Below, in pieces: positions 62,948-64,000 of a stretch of 64,000 bases of DNA. Origin of the DNA: Trichosphaerium sp. ATCC 40318 (lineage: Eukaryota; Protista; Tubulinea). The translations under genes and the position numbers were made by a program. Location of the stretch: NCBI GenBank assembly GCA_038496445.1, contig JALMLS010000208.1, positions 186,001 through 250,000 on the forward strand. Direction: 5' to 3'. Each line of letters starts with the position of its first letter. Positions within the stretch are counted from its first letter, which is position 1. The notes below the pieces were generated by a model that worked only from the letters and a program-made list of their open reading frames with translations, was not told where the DNA came from and searched no databases.

Positions 62948-63919
62948 TTATTTATTTTTGTGTACAGTGCTTAAGTTTGTTTCTGGATATTTACATCTCT
63001 TTCCATCACCATACATTCTTTTAGCCTTAAGATGCCCATTCTCATACCACTGAGTACATTCACCATCCAACTTTCCATCAACATATCTTGCGTTTACCTT
63101 ACGCTGTCCATTCTCATACCACATACTGTATTCACCATGTTTCTTTCCTTCGACATATCTTTTTTGTCTCCGAAGTTGTCCATTCTCATACCATCTCTTG
63201 ACCTCACCATGCCTCTTACCTTGAATGAACGTAATTTGGGCCTTGAGTATACCATTCTCATACCACCAACAGTATTCACCATCCTCCTTTCCATCAATAT
63301 ATGTTGTTTTTAACTGAATTTGTCCGCTTGCATACCACTGTTTATGTTCTACAGTATCTTCCCCCTCAATATACATTTTTTGTACTGCAAGCTGTCCGTT
63401 TTCATACCATGTCTTTACCTCACCAATCTTCTTGTCGTTAATACAGGTTTGTTGCTTCGCAAGTTGTCCGTTCTCGTGCCACATCTTTTGCTCACCGTTC
63501 ATCTTGCCATTAGTATACATTGTCTGATACTTAAGTTGCCCGTTCCTGTGCCACTGCTTTCGCATGCCTTCCTTTAGTCCTTTTACATACACAACGTCTC
63601 GACAAGGGTTTCCTCCTGTGTACCAACTGTTGTACTTACCATGTTTTTTATCATTATTGAACCATGCTTGAAACCATAGCTGTCCGTTCTTGTGCCACTG
63701 TTTCATCACTCCATGTTTTTTACCATCAACCATCATTGTTTTACTTTGCACAGTACCACGTCTATGCCAAGTAATCCAAAGACCTCTTTTGTTGAGATTG
63801 TCGTTGTAATGTGTGTTAATAGCAGCCGTTTTTGATAACACGTGGAACTTATGAAATGTTTCCTTGTTGAAAGTACATAGATATTGTTGAAGTTCATTGG
63901 GAAGTTGTATAAGAGACAT
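62948..63919 (-). CDS. Intronless F-box-like plus MORN-variant (WYENGQL) repeat protein
   Basis: 323-aa ORF with 'MSLIQLPNELQQYL' and about 11 24-aa repeats 'GKKHGE.K.WYENGQL'. Confidence 0.9.
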   Translation of the reverse strand: MSLIQLPNELQQYLCTFNKETFHKFHVLSKTAAINTHYNDNLNKRGLWITWHRRGTVQSKTMMVDGKKHGVMKQWHKNGQLWFQAWFNNDKKHGKYNSWYTGGNPCRDVVYVKGLKEGMRKQWHRNGQLKYQTMYTNGKMNGEQKMWHENGQLAKQQTCINDKKIGEVKTWYENGQLAVQKMYIEGEDTVEHKQWYASGQIQLKTTYIDGKEDGEYCWWYENGILKAQITFIQGKRHGEVKRWYENGQLRRQKRYVEGKKHGEYSMWYENGQRKVNARYVDGKLDGECTQWYENGHLKAKRMYGDGKRCKYPETNLSTVHKNK

Positions 63920-64000
63920 CTTTATAGGATGGTACTGAAGTTTAGTTTAATTGTTGTAATTTCGAAATAAGAATGGTAATCTTGAAGCGGCACTCTTTAA

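Noticed and set aside
1-64000. Integrated giant-virus genome segment, tRNA or rRNA genes
   Set aside because: No NCLDV hallmark genes (capsid, packaging ATPase, PolB), and no tRNA or rRNA patterns seen. The virus-like genes are isolated among intron-rich host genes.

Overview
AT-rich (about one-third GC by eye), gene-dense eukaryotic DNA with many short (roughly 40-300 nt) spliceosomal introns. The gene repertoire (PPTTL mucins, PA-domain 7TM proteins, DOMON and MRH secreted proteins, a CAR-type NRPS-like enzyme, many F-box genes) suggests a free-living amoebozoan-type protist; this is inference. Recognisable core genes: RRP9, a divergent G-alpha, ARP1/centractin, an ML/NPC2 lipid-binding protein and a NAC/HYPK-like UBA protein. 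Accessory content: at least 7 F-box genes or remnants with five different partner domains, including two copies of an intronless F-box-MORN cassette that appear to have landed in other loci; a tandem triplet of PA-domain 7TM receptor-like genes; a ZZ-zinc-finger-capped A-T-R carboxylic acid reductase; and an 869-bp hAT element with an 8-bp TSD that encodes a spliced BED+dimerization mini-protein. Non-coding signals: several inverted-repeat elements (one enclosing a frame-preserving 45-nt cryptic exon), a possible pseudoknotted RNA structure, several GC-AG introns, and strong window-wide enrichment of the palindrome CACGTG. Multi-exon gene boundaries were read by eye and are approximate.
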